NCBI GenBank assembly: GCA_964402035.1
Contig: CAYOAM010000001.1
Coordinates: forward strand, 179,558 to 243,557
DNA length: 64,000 nt
From: an uncultured Candidatus Saccharibacteria bacterium
GTDB lineage: Bacteria > Patescibacteriota > Minisyncoccia > Phycocordibacterales > UBA918
Direction of reading: 5' to 3'
Shown: positions 20,201 to 29,405 of the stretch, piece by piece
How the letters are laid out: the number at the start of each line of letters is the position of its first letter
How positions within the stretch are numbered: position 1 is the first letter of the stretch
Notes under the pieces: model-generated
The model's database searches: none
What the model was told of the DNA's origin: nothing
What the model saw: the letters and a program-made list of their open reading frames with translations, nothing else
Translations under genes and position numbers: made by a program

Positions 20201-23200
20201 ATGGGGTGAAGTGACACCTACTACAACAAACTCACAGGTGGTGAGTACTTCTTCTGCTTCTATCGACCTTGAGAGTGGAAGTAGCCAACTCTTAGGTATC
20301 ACTGATGCCGCACAGTCAACACTCGATATCTTGGGAAGTATGACTATTGAGGCGTGGGTGCGCCCCGAGAGCCAACCGAGTGTTGGTGGTATTAGCGTTA
20401 TCGCCTCAAAGTGGAGTGCAAGTGCTGACCAATCCTATGCTCTGTATTATGAAAATGATGCAGGAACAAAAAAGCTTGTCTTTCGTATGGATGACACAAC
20501 AACGAACCCATCAAAGATATGCTCGCTCTCGACTACCTTGAGTGACGCAACATGGTATCACGTGGCTGTCGCATATGACGCAGCAAATGCAAGTAGCACA
20601 CTCTATGTAAACGGTAGCAGTATTGGATATTGTACAGGTCTCTATACGAGCATACTCAATTCTACGACAGATTTCCGAGTAGGGGCGTGGCAGAATACTG
20701 CAACACATTTCTTTGATGGGCTTATCGACGAACTACGTGTCTGGAGCGGAGTTCGCACACAAGCACAGATCCAAGCATCGAAAGACGCAGAGCTTGCGGG
20801 AAACGAAAGTGGCCTCCAGGCGTATTGGCGCTTGAATAACTCTTCGCTCGATACCACAACAAACGACAATGATCTTACCCTCTATGGTGGGCCAGTCTAC
20901 AGTACTTCAACACCACTTGCGTCTGTGTACACCACAGCAGCGTCACGCTTTACCTTCACTGACGCGGGGGTCGATAAACGCACAACACAGTACACCTATG
21001 CCTCAAATACTGCGGCATACGTCACACTTCTTCAGAAAGAGACTCTGCTCGATAGGGCTTCAAGTACGATACGTGAAAACAGATTCTACTACGACACTCA
21101 GGCACTCGGCACGGTGACTGACGGAAATATGACGAAAGCAGAACGCCTCGTATCTGGTTCGTCTACATACATTGATGAAGAGTGGACGTACAACAGCTAC
21201 GGGCTTGTATCACAGAGCAAAGACCCACGCGATAAAGCAACGACCTATGTCTATGACTCATACAACCTCTATCCGGCGACGACTACCAACCCTGTCTCTC
21301 ACGTACTCCTTAAATCCTACGACTATTCAAGTGGTAAGGTTGCGACGACAACCGATCCAAACAGTCGTGTGTTCGTTACTGTATACGATGCATTTGATCG
21401 ACCTATTGAGGAGCAAATTCCTGATCCTGTATCAGGTTCGCCTGTCACAAAAGCAACATATAGTTATATCGACACAGCAGGGAGTAACCGTATAGCGACA
21501 ACACAAAATCTCAATAATAGTACATCGACAGAATCGTACGACTACTTCGACGGCTTTGGACGCAAGATCCAGTCGCGTGTAGAAAGTGAGGCATCAAACA
21601 CTTTTGCAGTTCGTGACTTTTATTACAACAGCAACGGACTCTTGGATCGTGAGTCGCTCCCATATTTTAACAACGGTTCCAGTCGCACAAGTTCCACAAC
21701 CGATGCAGAGCTGTATAGCATCTACACGTACGACCCTCTCGGCCGTATTGCCACCACGACGACTGCCGTAGGTACAACAGCAACTGTCTTTGACGACTGG
21801 ACGGAACGTGTCGTTGACGCGCTTGGCAACCCGAAAGGATTTGCGTATGACGCGTACGGAAGGCTCGCAACTACAACTGAATACAATGCCTCGACGACCT
21901 ACGCCACAGCCTACCTCTGGGACATGACCGATAAGCTTGCAACTATTACCGATGCCTTGGGCAACATCCGTGCGATCACGTACGACAAACTGGGGAGGAG
22001 GCTCACACTTCAGGATCTCCATGCTTCGGCGGACACCACATTTGGTACTTCAAGTTTTGCATACGATGCATCTGGAAATCTAGGAACGACCACTGATCCC
22101 AAGGGGCAAACGGTGGTACGTACGTACGATGACGTAAACCGCATCCTCACCGAAAACTACACAGGACTTGCGGGGACTGAGATCTCGTATACGTACGACA
22201 CCTGCACTAACGGCAAAGGTAAGCTGTGCCAGGCTATACGTGCAAGTTCTGCAACGACGACCTATGCGTACACACCACCGGGACTTCTGGATATCGCTAC
22301 CACGACCGTCGGTACGTCAACGTACACCGCAAATTACGACTACGATAGACAAGGCAACCAAACGCAGCTCACGTACCCAGACGCTTCGGTGGCAAGTTAT
22401 ACGTACAACACGGGAGGGCAACTCGAAAAGGTGCAGTACAAAGAGAGTGGGGGATCCTACTCTGATGTCGTGAGCGATTTCAACTATGGTCCCCACGGCA
22501 TGATCACCTACGAGCTCTACGGCAATGGTGTCTCGACAACAAAAGTCTACGACGAAGATCAGCTCTATAGACTTAAAACCATTATTACGGTCACCGCTAC
22601 AGGTACCGTGGGGTACGGAGGCGGGGGTGATGAGCTTCGCGAACTAGAAACCTCACTCACTCTTGGTACAGACGGCACACTTCTCTTTGCGGTAGAGGAA
22701 GAAATAGGTGCCATACCTGAAGAGGAGGCGATACTCGAAGAAGAAACTGCTACTCAAGAAGAGGTCCCAGATATAACACCACCACTTGATACGGAAGATG
22801 TGGGGGAGACTCTCGAAGAAGAGAGTCCTATAGGTACAAGTACAGACGACGGTGCAGTGGCAGCAACCTCTTCCACGCCAGAAACTGCGTTTTCTTCAAC
22901 TACAGAAGAAGTCGCTTCAAGCACACCTGAGGACACGTTCCTTGAGAGTACGAGTACCATTGATATGCTTCTCGTCGGGACGACCACAGCAACCACGACT
23001 GACCTTGCAACTTCCACGACACCAATACTCACCGGTATTATGGCACTTATCGAAGGGAAGACATATGAAGAGATTGCCCGTATAAAATCAGAAGAGATTG
23101 CAAAGATTGATATGCGCGGTCTCTATACAAAAGGAGATCTTGATATCGAGATACTCGATGTGGCACAGATAGATGGTGGCATACAAGTCTTTGCGCGCGC

Positions 23201-25586
23201 ATGGGAGAGTGGAGTACCTCTTGGTTTTGGGACGGAAGGTACGGTCGAGATCGAACGGTTTAGAATCTTTAATCCGCCCATTCTTGTGCCGGACAAAGAG
23301 GGGCTCGTGGTACGCACTTCAGTAAATCTTGACGGGGAAACAAAAGTACACACGTACAGAGAAGATCCTTTGGGAGCAGTACGTACGGTGATACAAGATA
23401 GTATAGAACGTGTAGGAAAACGCGGGACTCTTGTTGAAGTTTCCACAGTTGGCAACACCACCTCTATCTTCTATCCTGCTTCTGGTGCCACTTCGCCAGT
23501 TGACGGTCTTGCACGTCACTACCAGGCAACAAGTGACTGGAATACTGCACGTGACGCCACCGACGGTACTGCGGCTTCAGCAACGACTGGGGACGATCTT
23601 GCTGCAGCCTCACGCAAAGACTCTTCTGACCTCTATGGCATCTATCGTGGCTTTTTCCTTTTTGACACGGCGCCGATTACATCCGGTAACGAGGTCACAG
23701 CAGCAACACTTTCTCTCTATACCAACGCTGTTTCAAATGCTGACAATGACGGTGACGACTTTATCTCCATTGTTTCTACATCCACTCCCGCTTCAGATGC
23801 AAACATCACCACGGCTGACTACGACCAATGTGGCGCAACTGAAGCACATGATACGAGTGAGCGCAAAGACCTTACCGGTATGAGTGTGAGCGTATACAAA
23901 GACTGGTCGATGAATGCTACAGGTCGTAGCAGTATCAATGTCACCGGTATCTCAAAGTTCTGTGCGCGTGAAGGTCACGATCTTCTCGATACACCATACG
24001 CAGGGGGTCCCAATACCTCAAACTACTTCAACATCCTCTGGGCAGATACTGCAGGCACAACCCAAGATCCAACATTGACTGTGACCCACACCCCACTCCC
24101 ATCTCCAACAGGAGGCAACACCATCCAATACCGCTCATACACCTATGACGCAGTGGGAAACATCACCCAGATTGTAGAAAGTGGAAACACACTCGCCCGC
24201 GCCACCACCACATACACATACGACCCCCTCTATCGCCTCGTGAGTGCTTCGACCACTCAGGCAAGTAGCACCCCATACTCCGAAACATACGCATACAACG
24301 CCATCGGTAACCTCACCTATAAGTCAAACGTAGGTACGTACTCATATGGAGGGAGTAGTGGCTCTTCATACGCTAACCCACACGCTCCCACAAGCATCAA
24401 TGGCGTCACCTACGCATATGACAAGAATGGCAACCTAGCCTCCACCACCGACTCCAAGACCTATACCTGGGACTATGCCAATAGGTTAAGTAGCACTGTC
24501 ATAGGCAGTCTCACCACCACATACCAGTACAACCACGAAGGTCAACGAGTATACAAAACCAATGCCTCAGGTACGATAGCCTCACCCTATACCTTCTACG
24601 AAACCGACTCAGGAACAACCACCAAGCACATCTATACCCCTAGTGGTGATCTTCTTAGTACCATCGACAAGAGGGGTAGCACCACCACACGCTCCTATGC
24701 CCACACAGATCACTTGGGATCAACGGTCGCTATCACAAGCAATACCGGAGCAGTGTCACAAGTACTTGAATACTATCCGTATGGAGGAACACGTATAGAC
24801 CAGAAGTATGGCGCTACGAACCAACGCAATAGATACATAGGACAAGACAGTGACATAGAGAACTCGCTTATCTACCTCAATGCACGGTATTATGATGGAC
24901 AGAGAGGGCAGTTCTTGAGTCAGGATCCGGTGTTTAATGAGGTCGGACTCACGAAAGACGGGAAAGCAGTGATGAGGAATCCTCAAGCGATGAACAGCTA
25001 CTCGTATGCACAGAATAATCCTGTGGTGTATAAAGATCCGAGTGGGAGGATAGCGTTTGTACCACTTGTTCTTGGAATTGTGATGGCTTATGGTTATGTA
25101 CAAACGGCTGTTGACGTGTATCACTTTACCAATGTTTTAAGATACCCAGAAGCGTTCACAACCTCTGAAATGAATGAAGCTGGAGTCAAAGTGATACACG
25201 ACGCAGCAGGAATAGGTGCAGGACGACTTCTGGGGCCGGATGTTGGCTCAGGGATTGACACATTTGGAGCGATATATGACACAGTTAACTACGGAGTGAA
25301 AAAAATTGATGATTTATTCAAAAAAGTAAAAAATCTTTCAGTAGACGGAGGTCAAAATATACACCAAACTACACCAGCAATAGGAAACATTCCAAAACCA
25401 CAAGATAATAAAACATATATTAGTGCACCACCATCTACTACTCAACCAATACCAACGGCACAAAACTCTTCTAACTACAATTCAGCTACGAGTTATCTAA
25501 ACTCAGCACAGCGAGCACTAAATCGAGGTGATTTAAAATCAGCCGAAAGATTTATTGGCAAAGCAAGGAGATCTTTAGGTAATTAA
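17295..25586 (+). CDS. rhs: Giant Rhs/YD-repeat polymorphic toxin (Tc-toxin BC-like): signal peptide, SpvB domain, FG-GAP/integrin-like repeats, LamG/ConA-like lectin domain, YD repeats, RHS core and variable C-terminal toxin domain
   Basis: SpvB-like block (GAFTYDYPLMVPPGRNGREPSLVLSYNSRGG..GYGWSINIPFIERV). Six DxNGDGxxD propeller repeats (DVDINGDGFPDII, ADVNGDALTDVL, ADINGDGLPDLV, VDVNGDGLTDVV, EDVNGDGLVDLS, MDVNADRLPDEV). LamG block (IEAWVRPESQ...LIDELRVWSGVRTQAQIQ). YD repeats (YTYDAVGNITQI and others). Core end HTDHLGSTVAITS..YYPYGGTR...NARYYDGQRGQFLSQDPVF, then a unique 215-aa C-terminal domain. Confidence 0.9.
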   Translation: MNGSRQWCVSIGQSFNSVYRKTVSILLAVFLLLEPLTPLFAAEEVPQTTDAPATTSAPVDTTPVITVPRGTEPPPETNTSQTEDGVEFSVDGKTPEIKPPPKVEQPSEDTKKLEEVEPETESLMGMGGATQGSDRGQVRLSSKINEQDGAFTYDYPLMVPPGRNGREPSLVLSYNSRGGGDDDIFGYGWSINIPFIERVNKVGSEQIFTQSVFYSSLGGELVQIGSTTQYRPKVETGEFLKYVFANDLWKITDKSGTVYTFGSTTSSREDNAASSTQIAKWMLDEVRDTNDNYVKYTYYKADNRAYPATIVYTGSGATDGPFSISFVRSTTTSNSPRYESGFAATTTYRISEINTAVSGSWVRKYALAYGVGDNSVRTLLSGITESARTEGSTASTTMPATTFTYENTMSQTWTASSWALPEPFTQNGIDMGTRDVDINGDGFPDIIRFYRDATGTTIKRVYLNNKVDGWTLQSSWDWTYFTVPFSEYYAVGDSNARNDNGVRFADVNGDALTDVLIGYDGNGSSDTQKIYINYGAGWSYDSSWVLPVYFTRYYSSRVWDNGVRIADINGDGLPDLVSAQWNASSTLSTVFLNTGSGWSTTTSWVMPRAFTGAYDGVHQGKDLGTQLVDVNGDGLTDVVHGLKSTIFGNSKNTYLNTGSGWATSTLWDLPDYLIWADEAVSDIGYRFEDVNGDGLVDLSINNTFGGSIPDDDIYINTGAGWTNSIGNFPPYQFVTSTGDTGARFMDVNADRLPDEVYGNTSSSTGPVSSEETYLNRREVGDLLINVTEPKGGTLAITYQSSHEYRSAGSSTNPSLPFPITTVATTTKDAGFGTTETQAYLYEGGDYWFDATLFRDRKFAGFSTMTKTGPTQKERIYFHQGNETNVTSGEYADDSTKIGFPYRSEVADLANRPYKVSTSEWVTSDLGSSASFVKETQTIDLAYDGDSDYKARAVTYVYDDTNGLLTTKTEWGEVTPTTTNSQVVSTSSASIDLESGSSQLLGITDAAQSTLDILGSMTIEAWVRPESQPSVGGISVIASKWSASADQSYALYYENDAGTKKLVFRMDDTTTNPSKICSLSTTLSDATWYHVAVAYDAANASSTLYVNGSSIGYCTGLYTSILNSTTDFRVGAWQNTATHFFDGLIDELRVWSGVRTQAQIQASKDAELAGNESGLQAYWRLNNSSLDTTTNDNDLTLYGGPVYSTSTPLASVYTTAASRFTFTDAGVDKRTTQYTYASNTAAYVTLLQKETLLDRASSTIRENRFYYDTQALGTVTDGNMTKAERLVSGSSTYIDEEWTYNSYGLVSQSKDPRDKATTYVYDSYNLYPATTTNPVSHVLLKSYDYSSGKVATTTDPNSRVFVTVYDAFDRPIEEQIPDPVSGSPVTKATYSYIDTAGSNRIATTQNLNNSTSTESYDYFDGFGRKIQSRVESEASNTFAVRDFYYNSNGLLDRESLPYFNNGSSRTSSTTDAELYSIYTYDPLGRIATTTTAVGTTATVFDDWTERVVDALGNPKGFAYDAYGRLATTTEYNASTTYATAYLWDMTDKLATITDALGNIRAITYDKLGRRLTLQDLHASADTTFGTSSFAYDASGNLGTTTDPKGQTVVRTYDDVNRILTENYTGLAGTEISYTYDTCTNGKGKLCQAIRASSATTTYAYTPPGLLDIATTTVGTSTYTANYDYDRQGNQTQLTYPDASVASYTYNTGGQLEKVQYKESGGSYSDVVSDFNYGPHGMITYELYGNGVSTTKVYDEDQLYRLKTIITVTATGTVGYGGGGDELRELETSLTLGTDGTLLFAVEEEIGAIPEEEAILEEETATQEEVPDITPPLDTEDVGETLEEESPIGTSTDDGAVAATSSTPETAFSSTTEEVASSTPEDTFLESTSTIDMLLVGTTTATTTDLATSTTPILTGIMALIEGKTYEEIARIKSEEIAKIDMRGLYTKGDLDIEILDVAQIDGGIQVFARAWESGVPLGFGTEGTVEIERFRIFNPPILVPDKEGLVVRTSVNLDGETKVHTYREDPLGAVRTVIQDSIERVGKRGTLVEVSTVGNTTSIFYPASGATSPVDGLARHYQATSDWNTARDATDGTAASATTGDDLAAASRKDSSDLYGIYRGFFLFDTAPITSGNEVTAATLSLYTNAVSNADNDGDDFISIVSTSTPASDANITTADYDQCGATEAHDTSERKDLTGMSVSVYKDWSMNATGRSSINVTGISKFCAREGHDLLDTPYAGGPNTSNYFNILWADTAGTTQDPTLTVTHTPLPSPTGGNTIQYRSYTYDAVGNITQIVESGNTLARATTTYTYDPLYRLVSASTTQASSTPYSETYAYNAIGNLTYKSNVGTYSYGGSSGSSYANPHAPTSINGVTYAYDKNGNLASTTDSKTYTWDYANRLSSTVIGSLTTTYQYNHEGQRVYKTNASGTIASPYTFYETDSGTTTKHIYTPSGDLLSTIDKRGSTTTRSYAHTDHLGSTVAITSNTGAVSQVLEYYPYGGTRIDQKYGATNQRNRYIGQDSDIENSLIYLNARYYDGQRGQFLSQDPVFNEVGLTKDGKAVMRNPQAMNSYSYAQNNPVVYKDPSGRIAFVPLVLGIVMAYGYVQTAVDVYHFTNVLRYPEAFTTSEMNEAGVKVIHDAAGIGAGRLLGPDVGSGIDTFGAIYDTVNYGVKKIDDLFKKVKNLSVDGGQNIHQTTPAIGNIPKPQDNKTYISAPPSTTQPIPTAQNSSNYNSATSYLNSAQRALNRGDLKSAERFIGKARRSLGN

Positions 25587-25591
25587 GTAGT

Positions 25592-25852
25592 ATGAAATTA
25601 CAAGATTTAATTATTAATAATTATGAAATACTCCTTCTCGTCGCAGGATTGTTACTCACATTTCTTGGAATTATGCCTATAATCTCAAGAAATTACTATG
25701 AAAACAATTTAAGATCAGATTGGAGTAGAAACCTCTGGCTATTTTCAGAGAAAGACAGATATATATATAATAGATATGTTAGACCACTTTATCCATTGTT
25801 GGCTGGTATTACTATGATTGGTGTAGCAATCTATAAGTTTTTATATCCTTAA
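25592..25852 (+). CDS. Candidate immunity protein for the Rhs C-terminal toxin (86 aa, 2 TM helices)
   Basis: Starts 6 nt after the rhs stop. AT-rich, two hydrophobic helices (LLLVAGLLLTFLGIMPII and LLAGITMIGVAIYKFLY). Confidence 0.45.
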   Translation: MKLQDLIINNYEILLLVAGLLLTFLGIMPIISRNYYENNLRSDWSRNLWLFSEKDRYIYNRYVRPLYPLLAGITMIGVAIYKFLYP

Positions 25853-25857
25853 TACGT

Positions 25858-27021
25858 GTGACCATCTCCTCCAAAACATACACCTGGGACTATGCCAACA
25901 GACTCAGTAGCACCGTCATAGGATCCTTAAGTACCTCATACCTCTATAACCACGAAGGTCAACGAGTATACAAAACCAATGCTTCAGGTACGATAGCTTC
26001 ACCGTATACCTTCTATGAGACAGACTCAAGTACCACCACCAAGCACATCTATACCCCCAGTGGTGATCTTCTTAGTACCATCGACAAGAGGGGTAGCACC
26101 ACCACACGCTCCTATGCCCACACAGATCACTTGGGATCAACGGTCGCTATCACAAGCAATACCGGAGCAGTGTCACAAGTACTTGAATACTATCCGTATG
26201 GAGGAACACGTATAGACCAGAAGTATGGCGCTACGAACCAACGCAATAGATACATAGGACAAGACAGTGACATAGAGAACTCGCTTATCTACCTCAATGC
26301 ACGGTATTATGATGGACAGAGAGGGCAGTTCCTTTCACAGGATCCGGTGTTTCTTGGGGATGCAGAAGCTCAGGACTTGAAATATCCTCAGAATCTAAAT
26401 AGTTATTCATACTGGACGAACAATCCTATTATTAATAAAGATCCAAGCGGAAAAGCGACATACGTTGATGTTAACGGGAAAAGAATTATAGGTTCAGACA
26501 CAAATGACCCGAATACCTACTATGAGCAAGATGACATCAATATGCTCAACACAAATGCCAACCAAATGGAAAACAACAAGCTCAATGCTGTGGAGTTCTA
26601 TAATAAAGTTAACTATGGTGGTGAATGGGACTACAAAGAAGGAGGGAGGGAGTATTATTTCTTTGAAGGGGAACTGGTCGATAAGGAAACCTATGGGAAT
26701 CGTCATTATGGCTATACGGGCAGCGCAGGAGCTTTCCCGGGCGTTGTATTGAAGGCGGGTGCAGGGGCCGCTTCAGTACGACATAATAAGGGGTTTGTTA
26801 AAAATTCTTCAATGTATCTTGATGAGCAAAAAGATACCAGAAACATTCAGATGGGTATTGATGCATATCAAAGTAAAAATAGCAAAAACACAGTCAGCCT
26901 TTCTACAAAACTAAAGAATGCTAATACATCGCTCAATTATGCCCTTGAACAAGCCAAAAAAGGGAACACATATGCTGCCACTCGAGCTATAAAGAGAGCT
27001 TTCAATCAATTGAACAATTGA
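25858..27021 (+). CDS. Orphan rhs-CT cassette 2: duplicated Rhs core 3' end (about 160 aa) fused to a distinct C-terminal toxin domain; GTG start only
   Basis: Nt 26041-26333 are more than 99% identical to 24623-24915 of the main rhs gene, with divergence starting exactly after QDPVF. No ATG start is present. Confidence 0.7.
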   Translation: MTISSKTYTWDYANRLSSTVIGSLSTSYLYNHEGQRVYKTNASGTIASPYTFYETDSSTTTKHIYTPSGDLLSTIDKRGSTTTRSYAHTDHLGSTVAITSNTGAVSQVLEYYPYGGTRIDQKYGATNQRNRYIGQDSDIENSLIYLNARYYDGQRGQFLSQDPVFLGDAEAQDLKYPQNLNSYSYWTNNPIINKDPSGKATYVDVNGKRIIGSDTNDPNTYYEQDDINMLNTNANQMENNKLNAVEFYNKVNYGGEWDYKEGGREYYFFEGELVDKETYGNRHYGYTGSAGAFPGVVLKAGAGAASVRHNKGFVKNSSMYLDEQKDTRNIQMGIDAYQSKNSKNTVSLSTKLKNANTSLNYALEQAKKGNTYAATRAIKRAFNQLNN

Positions 27022-27028
27022 ATTTAAG

Positions 27029-27700
27029 ATGAAAATTATACATAAAATTGCAAGCCGTATCCGACATCATTACGTTTTGTCAGCATTGTTGGTTAATTTG
27101 ATTCTCAGTATTCTACTGACTTGTATTTTACTTTTCGGTATACGTCTAACTCATGTGCTTTACCAAGCAGCCCTGTTAAATTTTGTTTTCTTGGAGTGCT
27201 TTATAAATTTTGTATTTATCACTTGGTATTTGTTTGGACGTGTATCAAAAATACTAAAATCAGGGCTTCTTTCGCTCATTATCCAATCCCTTAAATATGC
27301 TCTCTTATTTTTTATTGGGATTTGGAGTTTCTTTTTTATTTTTCTTTCACTCGTAGATTTTCATCGCCTCCTTAAGGATGGATATGACGGAAGTTACCTG
27401 CCCGTCCAAACTGTTACTATTGATGAAAATCAGAATATAGTCGTCTATCGAACAAACGGAGGTGCCACAACAGATTTTGGCGTTGAGATTCGAAGAGAGA
27501 AATACTTATCCCTTGGATTCAAATGGGTTAAAACACTTAGAGAGTATTATCATGTGAGCGATATTAAACTAAGTACTTTAAATACTTCTCAGGTCATGAT
27601 AGAAGAGGTAAAAGGTACCAGCCATGTGTATACCTCAAGCGAGGAAAAATGGTACGGCCCTCTCCCCGTGAGAGGTGAGGTAATTGATATTTTTCGTTGA
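27029..27700 (+). CDS. Candidate immunity protein for orphan CT2 (223 aa, multi-TM N-terminal half)
   Basis: Starts 8 nt after the CT2 stop. 5-6 TM helices in the first 110 aa, then a soluble domain. Confidence 0.45.
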   Translation: MKIIHKIASRIRHHYVLSALLVNLILSILLTCILLFGIRLTHVLYQAALLNFVFLECFINFVFITWYLFGRVSKILKSGLLSLIIQSLKYALLFFIGIWSFFFIFLSLVDFHRLLKDGYDGSYLPVQTVTIDENQNIVVYRTNGGATTDFGVEIRREKYLSLGFKWVKTLREYYHVSDIKLSTLNTSQVMIEEVKGTSHVYTSSEEKWYGPLPVRGEVIDIFR

Positions 27701-27737
27701 AACTAGACTAGAAACGGTAGAATGTAGAGAAATGGTG

Positions 27738-27756
27738 GAAATGGGGACAGGTACTT
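27738..27756. repeat. Degenerate REP-like copy (ggaaatggggacaggtac)
   Basis: Shares the ggaaatggggacagg core with the REP arrays flanking the RAYT gene. Confidence 0.4.
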
Positions 27757-28073
27757 TTTTAAAGAGACACAAGCGAGTGTTTCTTAGCAATAATATTTTT
27801 TGTAAAATCTGCTCAAATAGCCTAGCAAGCTAACCCATCGACAAGAAAGGCAGCACTACCACGAGATCCTATGCCCACACAGATCACTTAGGAAGTACGG
27901 TCGCTATCACCTCAAACACTGGAGCAGTCTCTCAAATACTTGAATACTACCCATATGGAGGTACCCGTATAGACCAGAAGTATGGAGCTACAAACCAACG
28001 CAATAGGTACGTTGGGCAGGACTATGACCAAGAAACGAATCTCAATTACCTGCAACAGAGATATCAAAATTCA

Positions 28074-28754
28074 GTGAATGGGCAGTTTATTTCTCAAGAC
28101 CCGGTGTTCCTAGACATAGGACTTAATACCAACGAGGGGAAGGTAGTGATGAGGAATCCGCAAGCAATGAACTCGTATAGTTATGCACAAAATAGTCCTT
28201 TGGTATTGAAAGATCCGAGTGGAAGGAGCGCTGCAGCCATAGGAGGCTTAGAAGGCCTAGCTGCGTTATCCGCACTTGTTGCTCCGGAAGTTGTTGTTCC
28301 GGTAGTGGCAGCAGTTGCAATTGTTACGACGGGGATTGTATTATATGAAAACGGAAAGCAGATTTGGATGGGACCAGTCCAAACTATCAATTTACCCCCA
28401 CCACCGATAGATCCTCTTGACCCGGGAGGTCCACCAAATTTCAAAGGACCAAAGTGGAAACAAGCAATTATTTGGACGACTATCGGAATTGGTGGTTTAG
28501 AGGGGGTACTTGAAAACTATCCAAAGGGAGGCAATTCGAATTCTACTAAACAATCAAACACTACAAATTCAACCAACTCAACTGCCAAATCTCCAACTTA
28601 TAATCAACCTTCTCCATACCAAAATAATCATCCCACTAATAATGACGCGGCATACAGTTTAATAAAGCAAGCTGAAAAAGCCATTGCTAATAAGGATTAT
28701 GGTGCTGCAAAAAAATACCTAAAGAACGCATCGAAAGCCTTAAATGGGAAGTAA
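28074..28754 (+). CDS. Orphan rhs-CT cassette 3 (start-less): an in-frame Rhs-core remnant begins at 27837 immediately after a TAA stop; third distinct C-terminal toxin domain
   Basis: Frame is open from 27837 (IDKKGSTTTRSYAHTDHLGSTVAITSNTGAVSQILEYYPYGGTRIDQ...QDPVFLD), about 80% nt identity to the main core. Only a GTG at 28074 is available as a start. The C-terminal domain is Gly/Pro/Asn-rich with a hydrophobic helix. Confidence 0.55.
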   Translation: MNGQFISQDPVFLDIGLNTNEGKVVMRNPQAMNSYSYAQNSPLVLKDPSGRSAAAIGGLEGLAALSALVAPEVVVPVVAAVAIVTTGIVLYENGKQIWMGPVQTINLPPPPIDPLDPGGPPNFKGPKWKQAIIWTTIGIGGLEGVLENYPKGGNSNSTKQSNTTNSTNSTAKSPTYNQPSPYQNNHPTNNDAAYSLIKQAEKAIANKDYGAAKKYLKNASKALNGK

Positions 28755-28803
28755 AATGTTTCTAAAAAAGCTCAGTAATAAATTAAACTTTAGGTAATAA
28801 TAT

Positions 28804-29067
28804 ATGGCTATATTCATGTTTTTCTTTTGGATCTCGCTGACCTTAATTTGTCTGTTTCTATCCAGAAAATATAAAGGGGGGCATTATAGAGAAGCATCAT
28901 ATTTTACAAGTGCAGCCTTACTATTTTATGTGTTTAAATATTTTGTTAATAACACAACTATTTTCTCACCCGAAACACTATCTCTTATTGAAAAAATAAA
29001 TTTTATATTTTGGATTATATGGGCGTCTTTATTTTTATATTTTGTGATAAAAAAGAAAATTTGGTAG
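28804..29067 (+). CDS. Small membrane protein (87 aa), immunity candidate
   Basis: Very AT-rich. 2-3 TM helices. Confidence 0.4.
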   Translation: MAIFMFFFWISLTLICLFLSRKYKGGHYREASYFTSAALLFYVFKYFVNNTTIFSPETLSLIEKINFIFWIIWASLFLYFVIKKKIW

Positions 29068-29111
29068 TTATCCATTTTTAATAAAGGACCATACAGGATA
29101 ATCTAAAAAGT

Positions 29112-29387
29112 ATGTCCGTACCCCTTGTATCTTTGCTTGCCTATCCAGTTCTTATCTTATTTGGAATTTATTACTGGAAAAAATATAACGATCCTTCAAT
29201 TCCTTGGTATTTGTTTCCCGTAATAGGACTTTTAGTATTGACCGTATCTCAATGGTTTTTAGGTACGAATTTTAACTTAAGTGAGGATGATCAAGCAATT
29301 GAATTTTTAATATTTACTGCTCTTAGGGTCTTAATGGGAGGGACACTTTTAATTGTATTCTTAATAAATTTTTTCAAGAAGAAATGA
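29112..29387 (+). CDS. Small membrane protein (91 aa), immunity candidate
   Basis: AT-rich. 3 TM helices. Ends in KKK. Confidence 0.4.
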   Translation: MSVPLVSLLAYPVLILFGIYYWKKYNDPSIPWYLFPVIGLLVLTVSQWFLGTNFNLSEDDQAIEFLIFTALRVLMGGTLLIVFLINFFKKK

Positions 29388-29405
29388 TTTTCGAAATCTT
29401 AAACC

